DNA from: Gonapodya sp. JEL0774
Taxonomy: Eukaryota
Reading direction: 5' to 3'
Length of the DNA: 64,000 bases
Assembly (NCBI GenBank): GCA_027604505.1
Contig: JADIIX010000035.1
Location: 62,001 to 126,000 of the forward strand
A program made the translations under genes and the position numbers. Under the pieces are notes generated by a model. That model was not told the DNA's origin. It did no database searches and saw only the letters and a list, made by a program, of their open reading frames with translations. Shown here piece by piece: positions 37,107-48,967 of this stretch (position 1 is its first letter; every line of letters begins with the position of its first letter).

Positions 37107-40100
37107 ATGATGGCAAACACGGTGGCAAACGTGAGCGAGTTGGATGTGACGCCATTGGCAACACCAGCTGTCCACCCGCTGGCGGCGTTCGTGTCCGATC
37201 GTTCGATTCCGTCAATCAATGCTCTGCCTCATGTGTTTGGGACGTCGACAAACTTTCATCCGTACCCGAATTCCGACTTGGCTGCCGATGGTCTCAAAGA
37301 GTGGTACACCAAGATGGTTAACGTCGATTCCATCTCAGCGTTCCCCGAGAAGTGCTCCTGGATTCACTCTCTGGACACTTATGGCAACATAGAGGGTGGT
37401 GCCGACGTGACTGACCCCCTGGTTCCCTCGGCCACTCCAAAGCCGAAGCCGATCGCCCAAAACCGTTGGCTGTTTTCTCTCGCCCCCACCATCGAAGAAG
37501 CTCCTCTAGATTTTGCGCTGGATTCTAGCTATGTCCCCGTTCTCGCTGGACCAGAGGTTGAGTTCGCAGCCGAGAGCTCACTTGCCAAATCGGCGGTACG
37601 GGCGTGGAGGGAAATTGATGTACCTTGCAACTGGCAAATGCCCAGGAACTCGGCTATTGCTGAGGGCTCGGACGAGTATCGGTACGGGAAACCGTGGTAC
37701 ACCAAGTAAGTAAGAGCTCATCAGGGATTTGAGGAGGCGATTCTCCCAGGAACTCAGAGCGTGCCCATGATGCGTCAGTTAACGCATTGTAAGAATCAAA
37801 ATTAAAGCAGGTTTTAGGTGCAAGTCATGTGTTGGAACCGGAACATGGATTTCCGTGACTGGGTTCGGTTTCCGACAAGCGAACAGCCGAAGTGTCGATG
37901 GTGTGTCGAGCTGAAAGGCCGATCCAGCGAGCATCGGAAATGTTCCATAGACTTTCCTTAATGCATCACCACATTGACCGCAAACTTACCCTCTCACTAC
38001 CAAATCCGAATGTCTCGCTAGCGTCGTTTACCCAATCTCTATGTGCCCGCCGCACACACCGTCTCTCAATCCCACCGCCTCCTACCTCCTTGACTTCCAC
38101 CTACCATCCCACTTTCCCCTTCCCGCCTCAGGACCCCGTCCCACCATCCGTCTCACCTTCGCCGGCGTAGATTCGTGTTATCTTGCCTATCTCAACGGAC
38201 ATCTTGTTGGCGGGTCCAAGGGCAGCAGGTTGCCATGCTCTTACGACGTAACGGATTATTTGGTGGTGGATGACGACAGAGGACAGCGGGGAAACCAGAG
38301 ACTTACCGTTGTGGTGTGTCAATGGAGTGATGCAACATACCTTGAGGATCAAGATATGTGAGTCTCTGGTCTCTCTACTGGCAGGAAGTTGGTGTCTTTG
38401 CTGGTGTCACACATGGCCTATTTCTTTCTATCGAATTATCGTGGACACATCACACCTCTCACACAACGACCTGCCCCAGGTGGTGGCTCTCTGGCATCTT
38501 CCGTTCAGTCCACCTAACTTACCTACCCCCCTCGCCGCTCCACCTGCACGATATCTCCCTTACGCCAGTCTATAACTCCTCAACCAAGGCTGGCACCCTC
38601 ACTACCTGTGTTTCCGTTCGCGGAGACACAGCGGCCATCAAAGGGTATTCGATCAAGGTCCGCGTATGGGGCACGTCACCTACCACTCCCAACGCACCAC
38701 CTATCGAGCTATCGGCTCCAATAGCGAGCCCTGGATCTAGTACTTGTTTAGAGCGAGTGTTCTCGGGTGTGACTGGATGGACTGCAGAAACACCCGTTTT
38801 GTACACAGTGGCCGTAGCGTTGGTGTGCGATGGCAAAGAGGTGGAGGCCGTCAGCTCCATGGTGGGGTTCAGAAAGGTTGAAATTGTGGGAAAATCGGTG
38901 TTGGTGAATGGAAAACCCGTAATGTTCCGTGGTGTGGTGAGTATTGCGCTTCCGAGCAGCAATGGGAGTGCTGATGCGAATGCCTGACATGACATGGATC
39001 CATAGAACCGCCACGAGTGGCATCCAGTTCATGGTCGCGCTCTACCTCCTTCCACTGCCCTCGTTGATCTCCTCCTTGTCAAGCAAAACTCCTGCAACGC
39101 TCTCCGCACCTCCCATTACCCTCCGAGTCATCTTATTCCCCATCTTGCCTCTCAACTCGGTCTCTATCTTGTGCTCGAAAACGATCTCGAGACACATGGA
39201 TTTGAACTCGGTGCACCTCCAACGGGTGGAGGCGGGACGAGAGAACTCAATGTGCCTCAACCGAGCTCCGACCCCGTCTGGTGGCCTCAATACCGTGACA
39301 GAATGCGGCGCACGGTCGCACGGGATAAGAATCAGCCCTGTATTGTTATGTGGTCCATGGGGAATGAGGCTGGGTTCGGTGTCAATTTGATGAATCTGGC
39401 AGCATGGATTCGTGCTGGAGCCTTTGGGTACCATGTAAACCAAAAGCGGGAAGCTAATACTGTGGACGAGGATGGCTGGACGGGGCTTGGTGCGGGACAT
39501 GGCTTACCTATACATTACGAAGGGGATTACCGGTGTGAGGCGGCCGACGTTTACAGCCAGATGTAGTGAGTAGGGCGATCCTTTCTCAGATTTGAAGCAA
39601 GGAGCGAACGCTTATACTTTTTGTTATTTTCATTTCATATTGATTCGTTAGTCCATCTCATGAACAGGTGGATAACGTTGGGAAGGGTGAGGCAGGATAT
39701 GGGAAGCCTTACATTTTGTGCGAGTACGCCCACACTATGGGTAGGTTACCTCAAGGAAATTTGATTCTTTTTTGGCCAATAGAGAAACGAAACCTTCAAT
39801 GTTTCCTTTCCAGGTACCGGCCCTGGTGGCCTCGCAGAGTATTCAGAACTTTTCCGGAAGCACTTCCCACGCATCCAAGGCGGTTGGATTTGGGAATTGT
39901 TGGAACACGGTGTGCTGATGCGGGACTCTGCAACAGGCAAGCCTTACTATGCTTTTGGCGGTGATTTTGGGGAGGATGTTCATGACGGAAACTTCATTGT
40001 CGACGGTCTGGTGAGAGGAGGAAGAGAGCCGAAGACGGGCTTGTTGGAGATGAAAAAGGTGCTCTCGGCTGTGAGGATTGCAGTAGAACCTGCTGTTGAC

Positions 40101-41521
40101 GGTAAAGCGTGTGTCATAGTTTGGAATGAGTACGACTTTGTGGGATTGGAGCACTTGAACTTGCAGTGGACTTTGACCAAGGAGGGCGAGACGATTGAGT
40201 CCGGAGTCATTCCATCGGTGCAATACTCGGGGACTGCTCCTTGGACTTCGAGGAGGCTTGAGATTGCTTTTAACACGAAAGTTCCCAAGGTGGATAGTGC
40301 TGAGTGGGTGCTCACTGTTGTCGCAACTCTGAAAGCAAAGACTGTTTGGGCTGCAGCCGGTCATGAGCTTGCATGGGGCCAAGGCATCTTGCGAGAGAAG
40401 ACTTGGTTGCCTGTCAGCGCCATCACATCTCTTCCCGCAAAGGCTGGCACCGATGCTCAGGTGTCTGCTTCTCAAAGTTCTACCACGATATTAGTGGAGA
40501 ACCCATCATTCCGTGTCATTTTCGACCGTGTCCGTGGCACACTTGTGGATTGGAGCATCGTCAGATTGGATGGAAGTCGACAGGCCATTATGACGCATGG
40601 TCCTCGCTTTAACCTCTGGCGGCCTCCGACGGACAACGACATGTACCACACCAAAGCGTGGCGATACAATGGACTCGATAGAGTGCGACACATGACAGTC
40701 AAGGTGGATGTGGAGACGGTGAAGGCGCGGAAAGAAGGTCAGGCGTTGGACTCTGTTCGCGTGAAGATTGTGAGCAGGGTGGGCCCTCCGGTGTGGGATT
40801 GGGCTGTCAAGGTGGTTTACAACTGGGAGATCTTTTCGAATGGAGTGATTGAACTTGGTGTTGATGCAGAATTCATTGACAACGTCGTGAAAACAATGAT
40901 TCCGAAGTAAGTGAGCACGAGGTGGACCATGATTGGCCACGGCATGCAGACTGTCTCACCATTCACGAAATCAACAGAATCGGCCTTAACGCCCGTATCC
41001 CCAACTCGCTCCAGTCAATCGCGTGGTACGGTCTAGGACCCCACGATGCGTACGTAGACGTCGGTAACTCTGCCCGCCTCGGTGCCCATTCTGCAGACTC
41101 CGTCACCGCACTCGACGGGCGTTTCGAAATGACATCCCCCCAAGAAGCCGGTAACCGTCATGGAACGCGATGGGTCCAGATTCGCGACCCAGCAACCGGT
41201 AGTGGGTTCAGGGTGGAGGGTGCCTCTTCACCTTTCGACTTTTCTGTATCACGATTTACTGACAAGGAGGTGATGGATGCAAAGCATCCAACGGATTTAC
41301 AGAAAATTTTGAACGAAAAGTCACGCCAGAGAGTGTCCAGGGGACCGTCTTTGGAGACAGACACTTACATTCTCAACCTCGACCATCGCCACAATGGAAT
41401 CGGGACCAATAGTTGCGGCCCCGACGTTTTACCGCCTTATCAGCTATTGCCCGGCAATTTCAGATGGAAAATGCGGTTCGTTCCCTTGGGAGGAGAGGGA
41501 GGTTTGTCTGCACGAATCTGA
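37107..41521 (+). CDS. GH2 beta-galactosidase, LacZ/LAC4-type (multi-exon)
   Basis: [84 protein letters not shown] (acid/base Glu); IHYEGD; ILCEYAHTMG (nucleophile Glu); YAFGGDFGE..HDGNFIVDGL; WRPPTDND; WYGLGPHDAY; GIGTNSCGP. Confidence 0.95.
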
Positions 41522-41669
41522 ATACTGACTGGTAAAGTGGACTTGGCGACTGCAATTCAGCAAAGAAACTGCGGACATCTTTGGTAGAACTAGCTGCATA
41601 TGCTGCGCTAGATGTATGGCGTGAATTTATGCAGAGTTTTCTACTACTGACATGTGTTCAGCGTCATCG

Positions 41670-43696
41670 CTATTCTCGCTCAAAGACAGCTGCTGCTCCC
41701 ATTCCTGGCCCCGACAAAATATTGAATCAAAACTACGGGACACAGTATCCAATCTCGAGCCACACTCTCACTCACCGGTACCGATACACATGCTGGTGAC
41801 ACCGATCTTCTTACCGGTCCTCTTGAGCTCTGTCAAAAGAGTTGAAATCTGACGAGCACCGGTCGCACCGAGAGGGTGGCCAAAAGCTAGGTTCGGGAGC
41901 AGTTTGAGTCGCTTGTACAAGAGTTGGGAGTTCACAGTCCCATCGCCAACGTACCTATCGCACCGCCCTTGGGGTTCACCTTTTTCGGGTCCAGGCCGAG
42001 CTTCTTGACCGTGTAGACAGCCTGGGAGGCAAAAGCCTCATTGATTTCACTGTTGGGGGAGTGACAAGAAGAATGAAGACAAAGTTGTTTAAAGGGTCGA
42101 CTTGAAAGACCCACAAGACTGACGGATGGGTAGGATCACGGACCGAAACATTTGTCAGCGCGTCGGTGTCGGAGTCCGGGTTGACATAGTTCACTCACCA
42201 TCGACTTGCTCTTTCTTGAGGCCGGCTTTGTGGAGAGCGACGGGAATAGCGTAGGCCTTACCGAGATATTGCGCGTGAAAATCGAAATTCAGGGAAGCGC
42301 TTCCGGGGAATCCCACTAAACTTACAGGACCTATACCCATAACACTTCGCACAGGAACGGAGTTGTGGTGAGAAAACGTTCAGCTGCCTTTGTTTGTGCA
42401 TTCACTTCGAACCGACAAAAACTCACCGTGGGGGCACACCGACGACTGCAAATGTGACAAACTTGCCCTGAATCGGAAGCTTAAGTTTCTCTGCGGTGGA
42501 CCGCCTCATTAACAAGACGGCCGCTGCACCATCCGATACTTGCGAGGCGTTGCCGGCGGTGGTTGATCCATCTTCGGAGAAGGCGGGTTTCAACTTTCCC
42601 AGGGTCTGTGCAGTCGTTCCCTCACGGATGCCGTCGTCTCTGTCTGCCACTACCTCCCCGTTCTCCCCCTTGACCGTAATTTTAAGTACCTCCTCATCAA
42701 ACCACCCGTTTTTCCAAGCCTCTGCGGCCCTCCTGTGGGATTCCGCCGAGAACGTGTCCTGTTCCACTCTGGTAATTTTATAGTCCTCAGCAACGTTCTC
42801 CGAGGTTATTCCCATGGGGATCAAGACATCTGCGATGACGGGGTCTTGTTCGACAAGGTTCTCCGAGATTTCGGACATTGCACCAGCGCCGTAGAATTTG
42901 GTCATGGACTCAACACCGGCTCCGATGCCGATGTCGATGTAGCCGGCTTTAATGGACGACGCGATAGCTAGGGAGATTCGGTGAGGCCTTGAATATCTCA
43001 GTTGTTGTTTTCCTCGCATTCTCACTTGCAACAGCCTGAAGACCCGAACTGCATTGTCTGTTGACAGTTGAAACTGCGGTTTCGACGGGAAACCTTGAAA
43101 ATGTGAAGACGGTCGGTCAAAGTATCACCTTCAATAGGGCGGCACGTCTTCCAGCACCCCCTGAAGACACTTGTAGACCATATAGACTATGGAAATACAG
43201 CGGAGCTCCGACAAATCATAAAAATTGAAGCCGGGTTCGATTACTTACCCGGCAGCCAACATGGCAACTCTCGCCGCATTGGCTCCACCCCCTGCGGGTA
43301 GCACGTTTCCCACTTGAATGTCATCGACAAGCTTCTTGTCGAGTCCGACCTTGTCACAAACAGCTGCCAAAAGTGGAGCGAGGTACTCTTCTGGTAGCAC
43401 GGCAGCGAGCGGGCCTTTGCGAGCGCGAGTGATGGGAGTGCGGAGAGCCGACACAATCACGATGTCATCGGGGCGCTTGGAACCGATGGTACCTATGAAT
43501 GGCGAAGAGAGCAATTCAATATAAAAGGAGTTTGTTGGAAACGTAGGGAGGGAGGATGGGCGTGTGTTTGGAACAATGAATCAGAGTTTCAAACGCTCGC
43601 AGAAGTTCTTTGATATTCACCGAGCTCGCCCTTTGACGTCTTCCCGGACTTCAGGTGCGCCGTCACCTGTTCAATTCTGTCGTAGGGAGTCGACAT
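41670..43696 (-). CDS. POT1: Peroxisomal 3-ketoacyl-CoA thiolase (multi-exon)
   Basis: PTS2 signal RIEQVTAHL at the N-terminus; [94 protein letters not shown]. Confidence 0.95.
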
Positions 43697-44293
43697 TGCT
43701 ATTCACTCGGGTTGTGGGTGGCTGTAGATGGGAGGAATCGGAGAACGAATACGCCGTCACCTGCAGCCGGACACGGTGCCTATTGCGTTGGAATAATATC
43801 CACGGGAAATGCAAGAATGCTCTTGCTTCAGCTACTTACCTTCAGAATGACCAAGAGCTGTATTGGGCGGTACAAATCTTTGATTTGGGTCCGAATACCG
43901 AATATTCGCAACGCTGTTGCCGCTATCACAACATTTCTCCGAAAGCCATGTGATTCTGCATCATGATTCTGATCGTCCCCCATCATGTATCGCACCCACC
44001 CTGAGCACTAAAATGAGCAAGATTTAGCAAAGGAATCCCATCGAAAAAAAAAAATAAGCAAAAGAAATCTTTTGCCATCTTCATGGTTTAGCAATACAAA
44101 ACCGCACCATCCATGCCGAGCACCACTGCACCATTTCCAGGATTGATGGGGACAAAAGGCCTGGAGTAGTATGGAGTGGGGAGTACGTTTTTCATGGATA
44201 CTTAATCAATTATAATGAACATGGTAATTGAAGTGGGATGCGGGCTCACAAGGGAAACGGCACGCCGTTCCCTTGCAACACCAAGCATCGCCG

Positions 44294-45260
44294 ATGCCAC
44301 CACGAATTTTCATTCCCGCTTTGATCTCGCGTTTCAAACCATCTCCGGCCAAGCCTTTTGTTGGCTCCACACAATTCGCGTGCTCGCAGTCGTTATCTCG
44401 ATCATGCTCCCACTCCGAATGGCAGTTGCGGACAGCCACCTCTTTGGCCTCTCTAACTGCATGTCGATTTTCTTCGACTATCGCCTCCCCATCCTCGCCT
44501 TTCAAGAAGAAATCGGCTCCCAAAGCCCTATCCCCAACTCCCGAACTTCTCGATTTGCGCGTGGGACGAATCATGACCGTCGACCGGCATCCCAACGCCG
44601 ACTCGATATATCTTTTGAAGCTCGATGTTGGTGATCCTGATGGACCCAGGTGGGTCTTAATGATTGCTCGTCGAAAGCAGGTGACGACGAGTTGATTCAC
44701 ACAATTTTCCCCCCGCTATCACCACCACCGAAAGAAACGTATGCTCCGGCCTCGTGCCGTACATGACAGCAAGCGAGCTTCTGGAAACGCGGAACGTGGT
44801 TGCTGTGTGCAATCTCAAACCGGCGAAGTAACTGACAACTCCCGGTATCAATGTGACGTCGACGGGTCCAACCATTTTCGTCGGTATGCCTTTCAGAATC
44901 CGTGGCGTCGAATCCCAAGCCATGCTTCTCGCCGCAAGTCCTCCCTCTGCCCCCAGCTCTGACTCCCAGACTTCATCTCCCCCAACTTCCATCTCCATCC
45001 TCCGCACGCCCCCTTCCTGTCCACCAGGTGCACCAATTTTCTTCCCGTCATACCGTACCACTGAAGCCTCCCTCAAATACAAAGTGTTGGGCCGAACTCA
45101 ATGGGAAGCCGTTCGCTTGGGACTCCGAGTCGCACCAGGTGGGAAAGTCTCGTGGAGTGCGAGCTTGAGTGCCAATATGTCTGCAGGAGAGATTATGTCG
45201 ACAGATTATGGCGAGATTCGATGTGTCGAGGAGGCGTGGGTTGGCGGGGAGGTGTCTTGA
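44294..45260 (+). CDS. Stand-alone tRNA-binding OB-fold protein (Trbp111/EMAP II/Arc1p-C-like), probable mitochondrial presequence
   Basis: LDLRVGRIMTVDRHPNADSIYLLKLDVG, VCSGLVPY, VVAVCNLKPAK, RGVESQAMLLAA, LRTPPSCPPGA. The N-terminal region is Arg/Ser-rich and acid-poor. Start codon uncertain. Confidence 0.8.
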
Positions 45261-45712
45261 TGGTGTTTGGAGGATCTCATGGTACACTTTGGGATATCCA
45301 AAGAGTTTAAAACTTGATTTGATAGCGGGGATATTCCTCCTTGAACAATAGTTTCAAAGCGGAGCATGACAAATCTTGGGACGACCCCCACCGTTCCGAC
45401 AATTATGCCCTTACTGTGAACCACCGTCCCACTGCATGTTGCAACGAAAAAAATAATACACTTCATTACAAATAAAATGAGATGACGACGAGAGTAGTAC
45501 CACGACCCCGATTCCAGAAGTTTGCAGATGCAAGTATGCTATTACAAACTGCACGCGCTCGCCTATCAACCGAGTACCGGGTGCTATAGTAACGCTTACA
45601 CCGTTCCCAGCTGCTTTGCCTTTTGTGTGATTTGCAGAATTCGAAACAAAACGTGAACTTCAAAACAAAATTTGATGATTTATATACCCAATTTTTCCTT
45701 TCCTGCAAGCAC

Positions 45713-45784
45713 GGGATGATGGTTTAAGGGTATAATTGCCGCTTCGGGTGCGGCAGGCTCCGGGTTCGAGTCCCGGTCGTCCCC
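45713..45784 (+). tRNA. tRNA-Pro (anticodon CGG), intronless
   Basis: Acceptor stem GGGATGA/TCGTCCC, anticodon arm GCCGC-TTCGGGT-GCGGC, T arm CCGGG-TTCGAGT-CCCGG. Length 72 nt, followed by an oligo-T Pol III terminator. Confidence 0.95.
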
Positions 45785-46578
45785 CTCTTTTTCTTTCTTT
45801 CTCTTTTCTGTACTTTAACATCCCGGCTCGTGTCATTTGTTGCTGACTGATAAGACAAACATCCAGGAAAAATAATTAGTTTGCGGTGGCCAACATCTTC
45901 ACTCTATGTACAGGTTGCTCAACTTTTCACACCGACCCAGTCACAGCAACTTCGGGTCAATGGGAGAGTGCACGGTCAAACGTAACGAGGACGGCACTCT
46001 TGCACCCCCACTTTTTATACTGCCACAGTTGAACGGAATCGGGAGATAGACTGGCGGCTGGCACAGTCCGTTGTTGGGACCTCCCATCTCAGGTTATCGA
46101 GCCTGGATCCGAGAGGGCAGACATGAGTATGGGAAGCAAGAATTGGAACGGTCGAGTAGTGATAGTTCTTAGATCAACAGAGAATTTGCGAAATATGTAC
46201 TCAAAGATAACCCGCAACCACAATTACCGAAGAGCACATGTACGAACTAACAGCCACAGATTAATCAGAATCACGTGGATATTCCTCTCTATATTATCTC
46301 ACCGGGGAGCTCGACCTTGTTCATGCCAGCGCTGCCATCATTACATGAACGGCCAAATAGTGGCTCACACTCATCACTCCTCCCGTTGATCATTTATGTA
46401 AGCTTGATAAAATTTTGCTTTAAACACATGGCATTTTTGACCAACAGCGGTCAAATGATTGCTGCGAACGTGCAAATACCCACAGCATCGGCGAATCTCG
46501 AAGAGCTCGCGCTACTTGCGTTCATCTCTGGACGACAATCGCGGCGGCAAAATTTAAAAGATTGGCACCAGTTTGGAT

Positions 46579-48304
46579 ATGGTTTCTTCGGGGTCCCTCT
46601 CGCCGTTCCCTGTGGTGTCCGTCTCTATACCTGCGCTCTCGTTGAACCCAGAGCCAAAACCTCACCATGTCTTCCACATTCTTATCGCTGGGCCAGTCCG
46701 GTCGTGGACCGTCAAGAAGAGATATTCGGACTTCCACGCCTTGTTCGCACGCCTATCTTCTGCCTTTCCCGACGATGCTCCTCCGGTCTCCTTTCCCCCA
46801 AAAACGGCTTCGTTTGGCCAGGCCGTTTCATCTTTGTTCGGAAACTCAGCATCTGAAGATAGAACTTTTCTTGAGTCCCGCCGGGAGCAGCTAGAGGCCT
46901 GGCTTCGCGCTGTGATACAAACCTGCCCCGCATGGCGGGACTCACTGGAAGTTGCAGAATTTCTGCAGATTCCCGAACGAGCCGGCCGCTCGCCAGTGTC
47001 GACCACCTCCAAAGGCCCTCCACCTGCCTCAACTCCGGCCTCCCCTCCAACTGCGTCTCTTATCGGAGGGCCTGTTGCCACCAACAATGCATCGTCAGCA
47101 GGAGCTCCTCCTCCTTACTCAGCTTCTCCGGCTACCACCGCTGCAAACCCATCGTCTCCACCCCCACTTGACTCTCGCGCTTGGATCGACGAACATGACC
47201 GCCTCCGCTCCCTCGCCCGAGAAATACGCGGCATTGCCGCCAACCGACCGCCCCCTCAGTCGACCTCGCGAACAACGTATTCTTCCTCTGTGGCGACAAA
47301 TGCACCCTCACCGTCGGATATGCATGCGCATAGAATGCTCGCGGCATATCACGCAGGTTTGGTTAGGCTCGAGGAGAGCTTAAAGTCATTACAGAAAGGG
47401 ATGCGAGAGGGACCTGGGGCACGAGATGGTCCAGGGAGAAACAGTGTCACGGTGAGTGCAATGCATGCGGTCGGACGGTGCCCTTATCTTTCGGAGCCAG
47501 CACACTCGAATAATCTGATGGGGATTATCGGGAGTCGGTCAGGCGTAGAGAACGAAACTGTTCGGTTACCTTCAATGTTGCATAAGGAGGCTGAGGACAC
47601 GACGCTATGTGAATTTTAGGTGAATCAGGAGATTTGGAACTGGTTGACACAAGATTGGCTCGCCCATGACCGAATAGACCATGTCGGCTTCGAACAGAGG
47701 AACGCATATCCGCCAGTTTTATTGGTGTTCGTTCCTTGCGATGTAGTCGGTGCTTTAAACAAGCTCAGATGATTGGTCATGCTAATCCTCCAATCCGCAG
47801 CTCCCGGCGATGCAAACCTTGACCCCCGCCGAACTCTCCCGCCGCTACGACCTCCTCGACTCTCTTCGCAGTGATCTTCCGGCTCTTACTCGCCTCGCCT
47901 CCCCGCCCGCAGCTTCCAGCAACCCGAACCGCCCTGCTGACGCGACCGTCCGATCTCAGCTCCTCGGTGACTCCAATCTCACTAATTCCGCTTCCCCGTC
48001 AGCTTCTACTGCTTCTAAACGCCGTTTTGGTGCTGATATCTCCGCGCTTGAAACCAACGCGACCCGCCCGGTGGCCACAGAAAGTCTTGTCGGCCTGCAG
48101 ACGCAAATGATGCGATCGCAGGACGAATCACTGGCTGTTTTGGCTGGAGTGGTGAGGAGACAGAGGGAGGTTGCAGGTACAATTGGGGACGAGCTGGAGG
48201 TGCACAATAGGCTGCTGGGTGAGATGGGAGGTGAAGTGGAGAGGACGGGTGGAAGGTTGGGAAAGGCGGGTAAGAGGCTAGACAAAGTGCTGGGCCGGAA
48301 GTGA
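46579..48304 (+). CDS. VAM7: Vam7-like PX domain plus Qc-SNARE protein (2 exons)
   Basis: PX domain WTVKKRYSDFHALFARL..PPVSFPPK..FLESRREQLEAWL. C-terminal SNARE QTQMMRSQDESLAVLAGVVRRQREVAGTIGDELEVHNRLL, with no TM anchor. Confidence 0.9.
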
Positions 48305-48967
48305 GCGGGATCGTGTGGATCGGTGGAGAAGTGGAGACATTTTCGATCCGTTGATCCGCACCGAAGTGGGAGTGGAGTTCAGCCAGCCATTATCAGAAGC
48401 GGGATCGGTTTGTGTGGGACTGATTGAAATCTGTTCGTTTATTTGCTTTCATGATACCTTGAAATACACAATAGTTTTGTTGTGGGCGCAACAGTGAGCG
48501 TGATACCGTTGCAAGAAAAGAGAGTGCGTGGGTGAACTCCCAAGACCAGGCCAATAAAACACTAGCGTTAGCTACATTTGAAGAATACGTGGGATGTGAG
48601 GAGAAGTTGCCGGCAGCCCTCCTGCGAAATTTTGAACGTAATAATCCGTTAACTTCAAACAAAAGTGTTTTCCCGATAAGCACTGGTGATTTAATTATGT
48701 CACGCTGTATATTAGATTTGGCAGACGTTCTGTTTCTTGTCGATAAGGCGTTGGCCCTGACGGGCGATGATCGTCTTCGCGGTCCCAAGGCGGACTCCCG
48801 CACTTTACATTCCGACACCTGCTTCATCGATTGAACGAAATCCATTCAATTTGGTCCAATCGGTCACCTACATCTAGGATCTGACTTAACGCTTACACGG
48901 AACGAGCGGGCGGAGGTCACCAGTGACACCAAGGAATCCCTCCCCAGACCAACCTGCCAACGCTGTA

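Noticed and set aside
19416..43696. Possible lipid-catabolism cluster (oxygenase, acyl-CoA dehydrogenase, esterases, thiolase)
   Set aside because: The genes are interspersed with unrelated ones and target different compartments (mitochondrial versus PTS2). No shared motif seen.
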